A DNA stretch of 64,000 nt, taken from positions 30,829 to 94,828 of the forward strand of contig JAFYYX010000001.1 of the NCBI GenBank assembly GCA_017548925.1. Direction: 5' to 3'. Source of the stretch: Bacilli bacterium. Lineage in GTDB: Bacteria > Bacillota_I > Bacilli_A > RF39 > UBA660. Position 1 is the stretch's first letter; every line of letters starts with the position of its first letter. The position numbers and the translations under genes are program-made. Shown piece by piece: positions 8,558-18,212 of this stretch. Under the pieces are notes generated by a model. The model did no database searches and was not told the origin of the DNA. It saw nothing but the letters and a program-made list of their open reading frames with translations.

Positions 8558-9667
8558 TTATGAGTTATTTTTACCTAAAGTAACATTAACTGTTGATTCT
8601 TTGCCATCTCTTAAATAAGTAACTTTAATTTTATCTCCAACTTCATGTTTATATAAAATATATCTTAAGTATGCTATATTCTTTGTTTTAACATTATCAA
8701 TTTTTAAAATTATATCACCTTGTTTAAGTCCAGATTTAGATGCAGGGGAACTACTTTCAACAGTAGCTACAACAACTCCGCTTTCGACTTTTGAAGACTC
8801 AACAATACTTCTAAATTCACGATAATAATATGCTTCGTTGATATTAAGCATTGATACGCCAATATATGGTGTAATAATTTCTTCTTTATTTATTATTTTT
8901 TCTGCATATTTTAAAGCTGTTTCAATTGGAATAGCAAAACCCATTCCTTCAACACCACTACTAACTAATTTAAGTGATGTAATTGCAATAACCTCACCAT
9001 TTCCATTAGCAAGAGGTCCTCCAGAGTTACCAGAATTAATGGCAGCATCTGTTTGAAGTACATTCATTAAATATGAATCACTATAAATAGATCTAGAATT
9101 TGTATCACTTTGTGATACTTCAACTAATCTATCTTTACCTGAAAGTATTCCTCTTGTAACAGTCCATGAATAAGCACTATCAAGAGGAGCTCCTACAGCA
9201 AATACAGTATCACCTATTTTAGATTTATCACTACTACCAATTTCAGCATAAGCAATTACTTTAGAGCTATCAACTGATAAAACAGCAATATCAGCCATTG
9301 TATTACTTCCAACAATCTCTACTTTTTCAGTATTACCATTTGTTAAAGTAATATATACTTCATCAGCATTTTTTATAACATGTGCATTAGTTAAAATGTA
9401 AGAAGTATTTCCATCTTTTTTATATACAAAACCTGTACCACTTGCATAGGCTGATGCATTTTTATAAGTTGAAACTGTAACTACAGAATCATACACTTTT
9501 TCTACTGCTTCACTAATTCCAGTATCATCAATTTTTACTTTTCTTTCAGATTTAGTAATTATTTTTTGAAATGTTGCAGGATGTTTACTAATGTAAAAAT
9601 ACATTGCAAAACTTCCAACAAGTAAACAAATAATACATAATCCTGAAAATATTAAGTTTTTTTTCAT
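8558..9667 (-). CDS. htrA: HtrA/DegP-family serine protease (trypsin-like domain plus PDZ)
   Basis: N-terminal TM, catalytic triad context (TNAHV...D...GNSGGPL) and a C-terminal PDZ. 369 aa. Confidence 0.85.
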   Translation of the reverse strand: MKKNLIFSGLCIICLLVGSFAMYFYISKHPATFQKIITKSERKVKIDDTGISEAVEKVYDSVVTVSTYKNASAYASGTGFVYKKDGNTSYILTNAHVIKNADEVYITLTNGNTEKVEIVGSNTMADIAVLSVDSSKVIAYAEIGSSDKSKIGDTVFAVGAPLDSAYSWTVTRGILSGKDRLVEVSQSDTNSRSIYSDSYLMNVLQTDAAINSGNSGGPLANGNGEVIAITSLKLVSSGVEGMGFAIPIETALKYAEKIINKEEIITPYIGVSMLNINEAYYYREFRSIVESSKVESGVVVATVESSSPASKSGLKQGDIILKIDNVKTKNIAYLRYILYKHEVGDKIKVTYLRDGKESTVNVTLGKNNS

Positions 9668-10596
9668 TATAATCTAATTATCTCCTTATAGTTTGGAGGA
9701 AATCCCATTCTATCAAGTACTTTTGATATATTGATAGTATGAAGTTTTCCACCTAAAACATCGAGTTCATAAGATATTTCATTCATACATGCACTAAAAT
9801 CTTCTTTTCTTAAAACAGACTTTAAAATAATTATAAGAGAAAATAAGTCATTTAATCCATAGATATACTCTTCATCTATTTTAGGTATTTCTAATAAACT
9901 ATGATATAGCGTAGGATAAATACTTGTTAAACTCTTATGTTCATAACAAATATCTTCATGAGCACATAAATTTCTATAATTACTTAAAACTGGTAAATAT
10001 ATAAGTAAGTTTTCTACTTTTGTATTAAAGTATGAGGCTATCTCTTCTTGATCATCTTTAGTTAAAATGCTATATACTTCACTAATAATACCAAAGGATA
10101 ATACTTTAACTACGATCCATAAAGGTAAATATCCATAATTTTGAATATAGTGTTTTGTTGCATTATGTTGTTTTCCATTAACCTTAATCTGTCTTTTCAT
10201 CTTTCTTATTAAATCGTTAATTTGTCTAACCTTATGTTGATCTTTAGTAAAAATAGATGAATCCAAATATGAAGATTCTTTATAACCATGATTTTTAGAA
10301 ATAACATATGAATATATACTTTTTACGTTATTTTCAACAATTAAAATATTTTTAAATAAAATATTTCTTAATTGTCTATCAAACGAAAATAAAGCATATA
10401 ATTCTGAAAAATTCGTTCCTTCAATAAATGCACTATCATTTTTTGATTTTAAAAATAGATGTCTATAACCATTTAAGAAGAAATAATTTTCACGAACTAA
10501 AACATCATCTGGATTCTCGAAATTATCGAATGATAATCCCTTATTTTTAAGAATTTCAATTTGTTCATCGATAGTTTTGAATATTTTCTTACCCAT
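9667..10596 (-). CDS. Abi-family (Abi_2/AbiD-AbiF-like) abortive-infection protein
   Basis: N-terminus MGKKIFKTIDEQIEILKNKGL resembles the conserved Abi_2 N-terminal motif. 309 aa. Its stop overlaps the htrA start (TAATG). Confidence 0.55.
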   Translation of the reverse strand: MGKKIFKTIDEQIEILKNKGLSFDNFENPDDVLVRENYFFLNGYRHLFLKSKNDSAFIEGTNFSELYALFSFDRQLRNILFKNILIVENNVKSIYSYVISKNHGYKESSYLDSSIFTKDQHKVRQINDLIRKMKRQIKVNGKQHNATKHYIQNYGYLPLWIVVKVLSFGIISEVYSILTKDDQEEIASYFNTKVENLLIYLPVLSNYRNLCAHEDICYEHKSLTSIYPTLYHSLLEIPKIDEEYIYGLNDLFSLIIILKSVLRKEDFSACMNEISYELDVLGGKLHTINISKVLDRMGFPPNYKEIIRL

Positions 10597-10695
10597 ATAA
10601 TTATCACCTATTCTAAGTGAAATTATACCATATTATTTATCAAAATAATATTAAATAAAGATTAAATTATGATATAATACCAAAAGGTGATAGAA

Positions 10696-11670
10696 ATGCC
10701 ATCTATATATACACACAACTATTTTGCAAGAGATTCTTATAAAAAATTAGAAAAAGAAAATATCCATAAATTAAACAATAAATTATATTATGAGATATTT
10801 GCTCAAAGCTTTGATAATCTTTTTTATTATAATTTTTATAAATTAGGTAAAGGAAAAGAATACCGTAATCTTGGTTATTATGCACAAAAACATAATGTTT
10901 GGCTTTATTTTAAAAATATGCTTGAATATATCAAAAAACATAAATTATATAATGACGAAATTTTAGGTTATCTTTATGGATCTTTGTCACATTATGCACT
11001 TGATTCTACATGCCATCCTTATATTCATTATATAAGTGGAAAACTAAACAAAAAAAATATTAAAGAAACAAAAAAATATATAGGTAATCATGCAAAAAAT
11101 GAAATAATGATAGATTCAATATATTATTATAAAGATAACAAAGATAAATACTCTAAATATAAATTATACAAAGATTTAATTCCAAAAACTACATTTCCAA
11201 AAGATTTAGTTGATACTATTTCATATACCTTTAAAACTACATTTGATAAAGACAATATTGGTGAAATATTTAATAAATCTTATAATCATATGAGACTTTC
11301 ATATAAATATTTAATGTATGATAAAACTGGTTTAAAAAAAGTGATATATAAAATTGTTGATATGATAACACCATTTAAACACTATAAAGCATATAATTAT
11401 TCACATTATATAAATACACCAGATTATAGTGTAATGAATAGCAAAAGAAACACATGGATACATCCAATAACAGGAGAAAAACATAACGAATCATTTGAAG
11501 ATTTATATAGTATTGCTCAAGACAAATTTATAAGTTATGTAAAAATATGTAATAAATTTTTAAATGGTAAATGCAAAATTAATGATGTTGAAAAAGTACT
11601 AGGTAATATTTCATATTCGTCAGGATTAGATCTTAAAATTAAACCTATTTTCAAATATTTTAAATATTAA
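10696..11670 (+). CDS. Zinc-dependent phospholipase C-like family protein (putative)
   Basis: Starts MPSIYTHNYFA with a His/Asp-rich pattern (LSHYALDSTCHPYIHY). SD AAAGGTGA lies 5 nt upstream of the ATG at 10696. The ORF-track start at 10687 is GTG. Confidence 0.4.
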   Translation: MPSIYTHNYFARDSYKKLEKENIHKLNNKLYYEIFAQSFDNLFYYNFYKLGKGKEYRNLGYYAQKHNVWLYFKNMLEYIKKHKLYNDEILGYLYGSLSHYALDSTCHPYIHYISGKLNKKNIKETKKYIGNHAKNEIMIDSIYYYKDNKDKYSKYKLYKDLIPKTTFPKDLVDTISYTFKTTFDKDNIGEIFNKSYNHMRLSYKYLMYDKTGLKKVIYKIVDMITPFKHYKAYNYSHYINTPDYSVMNSKRNTWIHPITGEKHNESFEDLYSIAQDKFISYVKICNKFLNGKCKINDVEKVLGNISYSSGLDLKIKPIFKYFKY

Positions 11671-11671
11671 A

Positions 11672-11698
11672 AACACGAACTAACTTCTAGTTCGTGTT
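11672..11698. terminator. Bidirectional terminator (aacacgaactaa/tagttcgtgtt)
   Basis: 11-bp stem flanked by A and T runs between convergent genes. Confidence 0.65.
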
Positions 11699-12150
11699 TT
11701 TCTTTCACCATTTTCTAATCTTACAGTATTAAGCATACTTTCAATAATATGTTGATTCCATAATTGATATATTTGGGCCATACTATCAATAGATGAATCT
11801 AGCTTACTAAGGAAATCTTTAAAGTAATATTCTTTATAACTAACTAATATATACTCATCTGTTACTGAATACTTTTCATTGTGAAAATACTTTTTATTTC
11901 CGTCATTTAAAATATTACAAAATAAATACTTTTCTTTTGTAGCAACATCTCTAGCATATGCTTTACTTAGTGTTCTAGTAGTAAAAACATATTTTTCTAC
12001 TTCATAATTATCAGTTAAATCTCCACAATGATTGTTTTTTCGTTTAAGTAAAACTGAATAATCTACCTGAACATTATTTATATAACTTATAAATTCATAG
12101 TCATCAGTTAAAAAACCATTAAATTTTAGTTCGCCATTAGAATTTATCAT
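11680..12150 (-). CDS. Hypothetical protein
   Basis: 156-aa ORF. No motif recognised. Confidence 0.35.
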   Translation of the reverse strand: MINSNGELKFNGFLTDDYEFISYINNVQVDYSVLLKRKNNHCGDLTDNYEVEKYVFTTRTLSKAYARDVATKEKYLFCNILNDGNKKYFHNEKYSVTDEYILVSYKEYYFKDFLSKLDSSIDSMAQIYQLWNQHIIESMLNTVRLENGERKTRTRS

Positions 12151-12168
12151 AAATTTAAACCTCCTGAA

Positions 12169-13344
12169 TTATCTAAATAGTTCCTTCCATGAAATTATAA
12201 TACACTCTGGAGCATATTTTTGCAAACCGTTTTGAGTTCCTTTAGATAATATCTTTTTTAAATCATCATCTTTTAAATATTTTATAATGCTATTAGCCAT
12301 CGCTTCTTTATCCCTGTTAGATATTAAAATACCATTATCATTATTTATAAGTTGGCAAGCACCATTTGCAGAATCAAATGCAATAGCAGGTACCCCAAAA
12401 GAAAACGCCTCAAGTAAAACTATACCAAAAGATTCAGTAAAACTAGTCATAACATAAAGCGCTGAATTAGATAAATATTCATAAACATCATTAGAAGGTC
12501 TATAACCAAGTAAATGTATATTTTCTCCTAATCCTTTTTCATTAACATAATTAAGAACATCATTAAATAAAGGTCCATCACCAATTAAGTTAAGATGAAT
12601 ATCATCTATTTTTTCTTTTACTAAACCTATTACATCTATTAAATCAAAAATTCCTTTTTCTTTACTAAGTCTAGATACAGTAATTAAGTTGTTATTATTT
12701 AATTTAGAAAGTTTTGGATTATTAATGGAAATCATATTTGGTATATAAACGCATTTACAACTAGTATTAGATAAAACTTTATTATAATCATTATATAAAT
12801 CATTAGAAACTAATACAAAATAATTAAGATTCTTTACTGAATTACATATTTTATTAAAATATTTTTTATTATTATTGTGATGATTATGTTCCCAACCAAT
12901 TCCAATTTGAGAATCCTTTTTAGAGCTACCTACAACTTTATTAATAAAATCTCTTGTTGATATAAAAATATCATCATTTGAATTTTTAATATAATTTCTA
13001 ACGAGTTTTCTTTTATTAATTACATTTATTACACTTAATACAGTATCTTTTGCCAAACGAAAAATATTAAAGTGATAATCTTTAAATAATTGTTTAAATA
13101 ACGTTATAAATTTTAAACTTTTAATACTTCTTTTATATTTATCAGTTTTTAACGCAATATTTCCACTCATTAGATATTTAATATTAACGTTAGAATTTAC
13201 TTCAAAAGGTACTTCATCATAAAGTTTATAGATTGAAAGTATTTTAACATCATAGCTAGAAGATAGTTCATTAGCAAGATTTATAACTGCTTTTTCTATT
13301 CCCCCATAACCTAAATGAAGTGCAATTATTGTAATTTTTTTCAT
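12169..13344 (-). CDS. Glycosyltransferase family 4 (GT-B, Glycos_transf_1)
   Basis: N-terminal GYGGIE motif and a C-terminal E...E motif region (EAFSFGVPAIAFD). 391 aa. Confidence 0.8.
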   Translation of the reverse strand: MKKITIIALHLGYGGIEKAVINLANELSSSYDVKILSIYKLYDEVPFEVNSNVNIKYLMSGNIALKTDKYKRSIKSLKFITLFKQLFKDYHFNIFRLAKDTVLSVINVINKRKLVRNYIKNSNDDIFISTRDFINKVVGSSKKDSQIGIGWEHNHHNNNKKYFNKICNSVKNLNYFVLVSNDLYNDYNKVLSNTSCKCVYIPNMISINNPKLSKLNNNNLITVSRLSKEKGIFDLIDVIGLVKEKIDDIHLNLIGDGPLFNDVLNYVNEKGLGENIHLLGYRPSNDVYEYLSNSALYVMTSFTESFGIVLLEAFSFGVPAIAFDSANGACQLINNDNGILISNRDKEAMANSIIKYLKDDDLKKILSKGTQNGLQKYAPECIIISWKELFR

Positions 13345-13350
13345 ATAAAT

Positions 13351-14397
13351 CTATCCTATAAATTTTTCGAATTTTTTTAATATATGTTGATTTTCTTCCC
13401 AAAAATTATTTACGCCATTATAAACAACTTTTTTAAGTAAAATATTGTTTATATCATTTGCAATTTTATTAGGATCTGGAGAAATAATATAAACATTATT
13501 ACCTTGATCATCTGGATTTGTACTAAATATTGGTTTTTCAAGAACACGTGCTTCAATTAAAGCAGTTGATGTATCATAATTATCTGAAGTATTTAGATAA
13601 TAATCAGCTAATTTCATATAAGGATATGGGTTATTCTTAAAACCAAATAATTTAATATAATTATCAAGATTTGATTGCTTAACAAGCATTTTAATATTAA
13701 CCAAATCAGGCCCATCACCTAAAATCCATAGTTCAACATGGTTATTAATCTTGATTAAGTTTTGCATCATTTTAATCATTAAAGTAAAGTTTTTAGATCT
13801 ATCATTTAATGTACCTACAGAAACAAATAATGTTTTATGATTTGGTTTTTCAACACTAATTCCTGTTTTTGACATATCAATTATGTGTTTATCATCAATT
13901 AGATACTCTAAAACTTCGCATTGATCTGCGTATAGCTCATGTAATTTAATAAATTCACTTTTAATTCTTTCGTTAGGAAATAAAAACATATTAAATTTTA
14001 AAATATTATGAGCTCTAACAAAACCATAATAAGTTGAATCTACAACGTATATACCTCTATAGTTTTTATGTAGATATATTGCATTTCTCTTGGATGATGA
14101 AATAACAAATTCTGATAATTTAACATCACCAACATCATACATCAAACTAAAATCATATCTTTTATGATATTTAAATTTGAATAGAAAATTTATTTTGGAT
14201 GTATCAAATGGAGAATCGATTATATTAACACTAGATGGAATTTGATTAAGCATATTTGTTTGTGATTTAATAAAGATTAAATCTACACTAATATTTGTAT
14301 AATCAATTCTATTTAGTAAATTAACTAAACTTATACCTATACTATTTGCAAAAAACTCATTAATACATATTAATATTTTCTTTTTCATTTTATTCAA
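13351..14397 (-). CDS. Putative glycosyltransferase (GT-B-like)
   Basis: 348 aa. N-terminus KILICINEF and C-terminal half resemble retaining GT-B enzymes. It sits in an operon with GT4 and the Alg13/14 genes. Confidence 0.45.
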   Translation of the reverse strand: MNKMKKKILICINEFFANSIGISLVNLLNRIDYTNISVDLIFIKSQTNMLNQIPSSVNIIDSPFDTSKINFLFKFKYHKRYDFSLMYDVGDVKLSEFVISSSKRNAIYLHKNYRGIYVVDSTYYGFVRAHNILKFNMFLFPNERIKSEFIKLHELYADQCEVLEYLIDDKHIIDMSKTGISVEKPNHKTLFVSVGTLNDRSKNFTLMIKMMQNLIKINNHVELWILGDGPDLVNIKMLVKQSNLDNYIKLFGFKNNPYPYMKLADYYLNTSDNYDTSTALIEARVLEKPIFSTNPDDQGNNVYIISPDPNKIANDINNILLKKVVYNGVNNFWEENQHILKKFEKFIG

Positions 14398-14944
14398 CCT
14401 TCTTTTTAATTCTACAATATTTATCTGACATATTTAATACTTTATCCCTAAATGTATCAGTATCTATGTCAAAAATGTTTTTGATTTCTAAATATTCTTT
14501 TCTTAAATGAATACCAACTAATACTAAACCAAGTGATGCAACTAATACTGCTTTCAAAGCATTATCATCAAACTGTGCATGAGCAATTGAATATCCAAGT
14601 CCAATAGAACCAACAATACCTACAAAAGACATTATATTTTTAAACATATATTCTTTATGATATTCTAGCATTTTATCAAGATCTTTATCAAGTTTTTGAT
14701 ATAAATCCTTATCATTTATTTCTACCAGTTTTAACACAGTCGCATACTTTAATTTATTTAATTCTTTTCGTTCAGAACTAACATCATCATATACTTCATG
14801 ATATTCTTCTTGAAACTTTCCTTGATCTAACTTGAAATAAGTAGCTTCAATTCTACTACCTGGATAATATTTTATTTTTGATAAAAATACTCCTGTAGCA
14901 GACTTATCGTTAAAAAGAGAAAGATCGAAATCAAAATCATCCAT
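14390..14944 (-). CDS. Hypothetical protein with C-terminal TM segments
   Basis: 184 aa. Overlaps neighbouring genes by a few nt, consistent with an operon. Confidence 0.4.
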   Translation of the reverse strand: MDDFDFDLSLFNDKSATGVFLSKIKYYPGSRIEATYFKLDQGKFQEEYHEVYDDVSSERKELNKLKYATVLKLVEINDKDLYQKLDKDLDKMLEYHKEYMFKNIMSFVGIVGSIGLGYSIAHAQFDDNALKAVLVASLGLVLVGIHLRKEYLEIKNIFDIDTDTFRDKVLNMSDKYCRIKKKVE

Positions 14945-14955
14945 AACAAAACCTC

Positions 14956-15438
14956 CTAGCCAATAAAATCCGTAATAATATCAAGTATTTTTTTATTATC
15001 AAATTTTGGAAATTTTGGCTTAAACTTATGTAATTCTGTATATTCTCTTACAAAATCATCATAATCAACAATTTTTTTAATATAACCCAATTTATAAAAT
15101 TTATCTACAATTTGTAGTTGATGATCATTTATATGTTCTTTATATTCAGCTAATCTAGCAATTGCAAAAACTTTTTTCTTATTAAGAAGAGCAGTTGTTA
15201 AAATACCTACCCCACCATGAGTTACAATTAAATCCGCATTTGAGATGCACTCATTCATTTTTTTATCTGACATAAATTTATAAGTTTTAATAAAATTACT
15301 TTTAAATTTAGTATGACCTATTTGAGCAATTACTTCTTCTTTTACTATGCCTCTTCTAATAGCATTATCAACAATTTTCAATAATCTTAAAAATTGTTTA
15401 TCTTGTGTACCAACAGTTAAAAAAATCATATTATCCAT
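14956..15438 (-). CDS. Alg13-like glycosyltransferase catalytic subunit (Glyco_tran_28_C, EpsF/Cps14G-like)
   Basis: MIFLTVGTQ...THGGVGIL matches the Alg13/MurG C-terminal domain. 160 aa. Confidence 0.7.
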   Translation of the reverse strand: MDNMIFLTVGTQDKQFLRLLKIVDNAIRRGIVKEEVIAQIGHTKFKSNFIKTYKFMSDKKMNECISNADLIVTHGGVGILTTALLNKKKVFAIARLAEYKEHINDHQLQIVDKFYKLGYIKKIVDYDDFVREYTELHKFKPKFPKFDNKKILDIITDFIG

Positions 15439-15896
15439 CCTCCATAAGTGGCTTTTGGATAAACTTTAAGCATATCTTCCCACTGAACAATAAATAAATC
15501 TGCAAACTTATATACTTTACTTCCCGTAACTGTAGGTGTATTTATATTTGCCATGGTTTCTATAAAAACTATTTTACTTTTAAATATCTTACCAATACAG
15601 CACATTGGCCCAGCAGTATGAGCACCTGTAGTAACAATATATTTTGGGCGATAAATAATAAAATAAAACAAACTAATAAAACAATTTATCAATAATTTTA
15701 TATAATTAAATATTTTAAATTTTGAATGACTTAATAAAAAATGAATATTGTATTTTTTATAATCATTTTTTAACTTTTTCTTGTTAGGTGATGTTTCGGT
15801 AACAATAGTTACTTTATAATTAGTAAATATTGGTTCTAATCTCATAAGTTCGTTAAAGTGACCACCTGTACTTGAAATAAACATAACTTTTTTCAT
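15426..15896 (-). CDS. Alg14-like membrane anchor/activator subunit (EpsE/Cps14F-like)
   Basis: MKKVMFISSTGGHFNEL N-terminus is typical of Alg14-like proteins. Overlaps the Alg13-like gene by 13 nt. Confidence 0.65.
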   Translation of the reverse strand: MKKVMFISSTGGHFNELMRLEPIFTNYKVTIVTETSPNKKKLKNDYKKYNIHFLLSHSKFKIFNYIKLLINCFISLFYFIIYRPKYIVTTGAHTAGPMCCIGKIFKSKIVFIETMANINTPTVTGSKVYKFADLFIVQWEDMLKVYPKATYGGWII

Positions 15897-15906
15897 ATTA
15901 TCACCT

Positions 15907-16401
15907 TTAATCGCTTATGGAACATAAGCTTGACTTAACATCAGCACTTTCTTCACCGCAATATAAAGATGCTGTTTCTTTTGATTCAATTAGATTATTA
16001 GCTGCTGGATTATCATATCCATCAAGTAAATAATAACCATTACTAAGCCACATGTTCGAAATAAATAAATCATCGTTAGTATAAACTAATATGCTTCCTG
16101 ATAAAGAAGTATTTTTATCTAAATCCTGAACACTATAACACTTACAAGGATCATTACTATTTGCATTTTCTGCTAATGTTTGTAACTTAATTGCTTCCGA
16201 TATAAATGCATCCCTACTTGGAACTATTTCCGTATTATCATCTTTTTCAATTTTATTATTTGTATTGTTACTTTTTTTATTAGTACCTTTATTAGTATTA
16301 TTAGTTTGTTTATTATCTTTATTATTATATTTAGTTAATCCATAATAAACTCCAGCAGATCCAATTGCAATAATTAATAAATATATTAATACTTTTTTCA
16401 T
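15907..16401 (-). CDS. Secreted hypothetical protein (signal peptide, N/T/K-rich linker)
   Basis: 164 aa with an N-terminal signal peptide. Confidence 0.4.
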   Translation of the reverse strand: MKKVLIYLLIIAIGSAGVYYGLTKYNNKDNKQTNNTNKGTNKKSNNTNNKIEKDDNTEIVPSRDAFISEAIKLQTLAENANSNDPCKCYSVQDLDKNTSLSGSILVYTNDDLFISNMWLSNGYYLLDGYDNPAANNLIESKETASLYCGEESADVKSSLCSISD

Positions 16402-16465
16402 AATACATACCTCTTAAATATTATAACAAATAAATACCTTTTTTAAAATTACAAGTAATAAAAAA

Positions 16466-16487
16466 ACTCAAATTAAATTTGAGTTCT
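16466..16487 (-). terminator. Terminator hairpin (aactcaaatt/atttgagtt)
   Basis: Stem-loop with a T-run on the minus strand at the 3' end of 16473..17126. Confidence 0.5.
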
Positions 16488-17126
16488 TCGTTCTTCAATA
16501 TCAGTTATATTGTTATTAAGTGCATAATTAGAAATAGCCATAAAATTTTCATCGTAGTTATAGTGTTTTTGCCAGAATTTAAGCCAAGCTTCAGACCATG
16601 AATTATTTTTAACTAAATCTCTAACTTCTTCATTTTTGATAGAAACATTATTTTCTTGATCATTTAAATCAACGCAGTGCTCTTCATCATAAAGCTTACA
16701 TTGTAAATCACATTCTAATCTATCACATTGATTAGCAAATCTTGATTCTTTAGTTTCTTTTGCATCAAACTCTAAAAATAGTTCTTCTATATCTTTAGAT
16801 TTTAGTAAATTACCAAGAATCTTATGAACAGCATCATGTTCAATCTTTATTTTTTCAGCCTTTGTTATTTCAAATGGAGTTAAATCACCAATTAATATTT
16901 CTCCTAGCTCATGAATAGCTATCATATAAATTACTTTAAATATATCTATATCATAATCATATTCAGAATAAATACCAATTGCTAACATTTGTACACCATA
17001 AATATGTTCAGCTATACTTTCTACACGTTCTCTTTTAACATTCCAATCTTTCCAACCTGATCTAATTACGTTTTTAAGTTTATTACATAGTACATAAAAT
17101 TCTATTACGTTTTTTTCTTTAGACAT
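16473..17126 (-). CDS. HD-domain hydrolase (YfbR-like 5'-deoxynucleotidase fold) with C-terminal extension
   Basis: IAEHIYGVQMLA...IAIHELGEILIGDLTPF gives an H..H..HD..D pattern. True start is probably MSKEKN at 17126, which has SD GGTGA. The ORF-track start at 17186 lacks an RBS. Confidence 0.6.
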   Translation of the reverse strand: MSKEKNVIEFYVLCNKLKNVIRSGWKDWNVKRERVESIAEHIYGVQMLAIGIYSEYDYDIDIFKVIYMIAIHELGEILIGDLTPFEITKAEKIKIEHDAVHKILGNLLKSKDIEELFLEFDAKETKESRFANQCDRLECDLQCKLYDEEHCVDLNDQENNVSIKNEEVRDLVKNNSWSEAWLKFWQKHYNYDENFMAISNYALNNNITDIEERRTQI

Positions 17127-17153
17127 ATTAATCACCTGCCTACTATTATAACA

Positions 17154-17178
17154 TAAAAAAAGCCCCAAAGGGCTTTCT
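17154..17178 (-). terminator. rpsI terminator (agccc caaa gggct plus T-run on the minus strand)
   Basis: GC-rich hairpin immediately after the rpsI stop. Confidence 0.6.
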
Positions 17179-17198
17179 TGAAACATTTGAAATAAATA

Positions 17199-17618
17199 TT
17201 AACGTTTTGAGAATTGTGGAGCACGACGTGCTTTTTTAAGACCATATTTTTTACGTTCTTTAACACGTGGATCACGAGTAACAAAACCATTTACTTTTAA
17301 TATTTTTCTGTAAGCAGTATCACTAGATTGATCAGTATTAGCGTCAAAAGCAAGAAGTGCTCTTGTAATACCTAAACGGATAGCTCCAGTTTGACCAGAG
17401 AATCCTCCGCCTTTAACTGTAACTTCGATATCAAATCTATTTTCATTATTAGTAACAACTAATGGTTGTTTAAGATCCATAACTAATGTTGCATAAGGCA
17501 TATAATCATTAACATCTTGTCCGTTAACAGTGATTTTACCAGTTCCGCCAACCATTCTAACTTGAGCGATTGATCTTTTACGACGACCTGTAGCAGTCCA
17601 AACTTGTTTATTAGCCAT
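17199..17618 (-). CDS. rpsI: 30S ribosomal protein S9
   Basis: C-terminal GLKKARRAPQFSKR. 139 aa. Confidence 0.95.
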   Translation of the reverse strand: MANKQVWTATGRRKRSIAQVRMVGGTGKITVNGQDVNDYMPYATLVMDLKQPLVVTNNENRFDIEVTVKGGGFSGQTGAIRLGITRALLAFDANTDQSSDTAYRKILKVNGFVTRDPRVKERKKYGLKKARRAPQFSKR

Positions 17619-17629
17619 TGTTAACCTCC

Positions 17630-18061
17630 TTATTTAACTTCCATAACTTCTGGTTTTTGTGCTTCATGTTTGTGATCAGCACCAGCATAAACGAATAACT
17701 TCTTACCCATTGCTCTTCCAAGAGGATTATGAGGAAGCATTCCTTTAATAGCTCTTTCAACCATTTCTTCTGGATATTTTTCAATCATAGTTTTAGCGTT
17801 ACGTTCTCTTAGTCCTCCAGGAAATCCACTATGGTTATAATACATTTTGTCATCTAACTTATTACCAGTTAATACAACTTTTTCTGCATTAATAACAATT
17901 ACATAATCTCCGCAGTCAATATGAGGAGTATATGTTGGTTTGTTTTTTCCTCTAAGAACTGTTGCAACTTGAGTAGCAAGACGACCTAAAGTTTTACCCT
18001 CAGCATCTACTACATACCATTTACGTTCAACTGTTTCTTTCTTTTGCATAAATGTTTTCAT
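17630..18061 (-). CDS. rplM: 50S ribosomal protein L13
   Basis: 143 aa. Conserved L13 sequence in rplM-rpsI operon order. Confidence 0.95.
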   Translation of the reverse strand: MKTFMQKKETVERKWYVVDAEGKTLGRLATQVATVLRGKNKPTYTPHIDCGDYVIVINAEKVVLTGNKLDDKMYYNHSGFPGGLRERNAKTMIEKYPEEMVERAIKGMLPHNPLGRAMGKKLFVYAGADHKHEAQKPEVMEVK

Positions 18062-18063
18062 AA

Positions 18064-18195
18064 TTTTTTCCTTTCATCACCTTTATCACTTTGCTTTCCC
18101 ACGGCATTGCAACTTAGGTAAATAAAATGTACCGATTAAAATTATATGAAATTAAGTATAAAAAGTCAATTGAAAATAGCATAAAATCGTGCTTT
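18064..18195 (-). promoter_or_regulatory. rplM promoter (TTGACT-17-TATAAT) plus about 85-nt 5' leader (possible L13 ribosomal leader)
   Basis: Minus strand reads TTGACTttttatacttaatttcaTATAAT, followed by a leader carrying a GC-richer hairpin-forming segment (ccgugggaaagcaaag) before the SD GGAAAAAA. Confidence 0.35.
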
Positions 18196-18212
18196 TTTCA
18201 TACTTTTTACAT

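Noticed and set aside
8838-9056. 72-aa plus-strand ORF inside htrA (antisense)
   Set aside because: It lies entirely within a well-supported protease gene on the opposite strand. It has no RBS and low-complexity composition, typical of antisense ORFs in AT-rich DNA.
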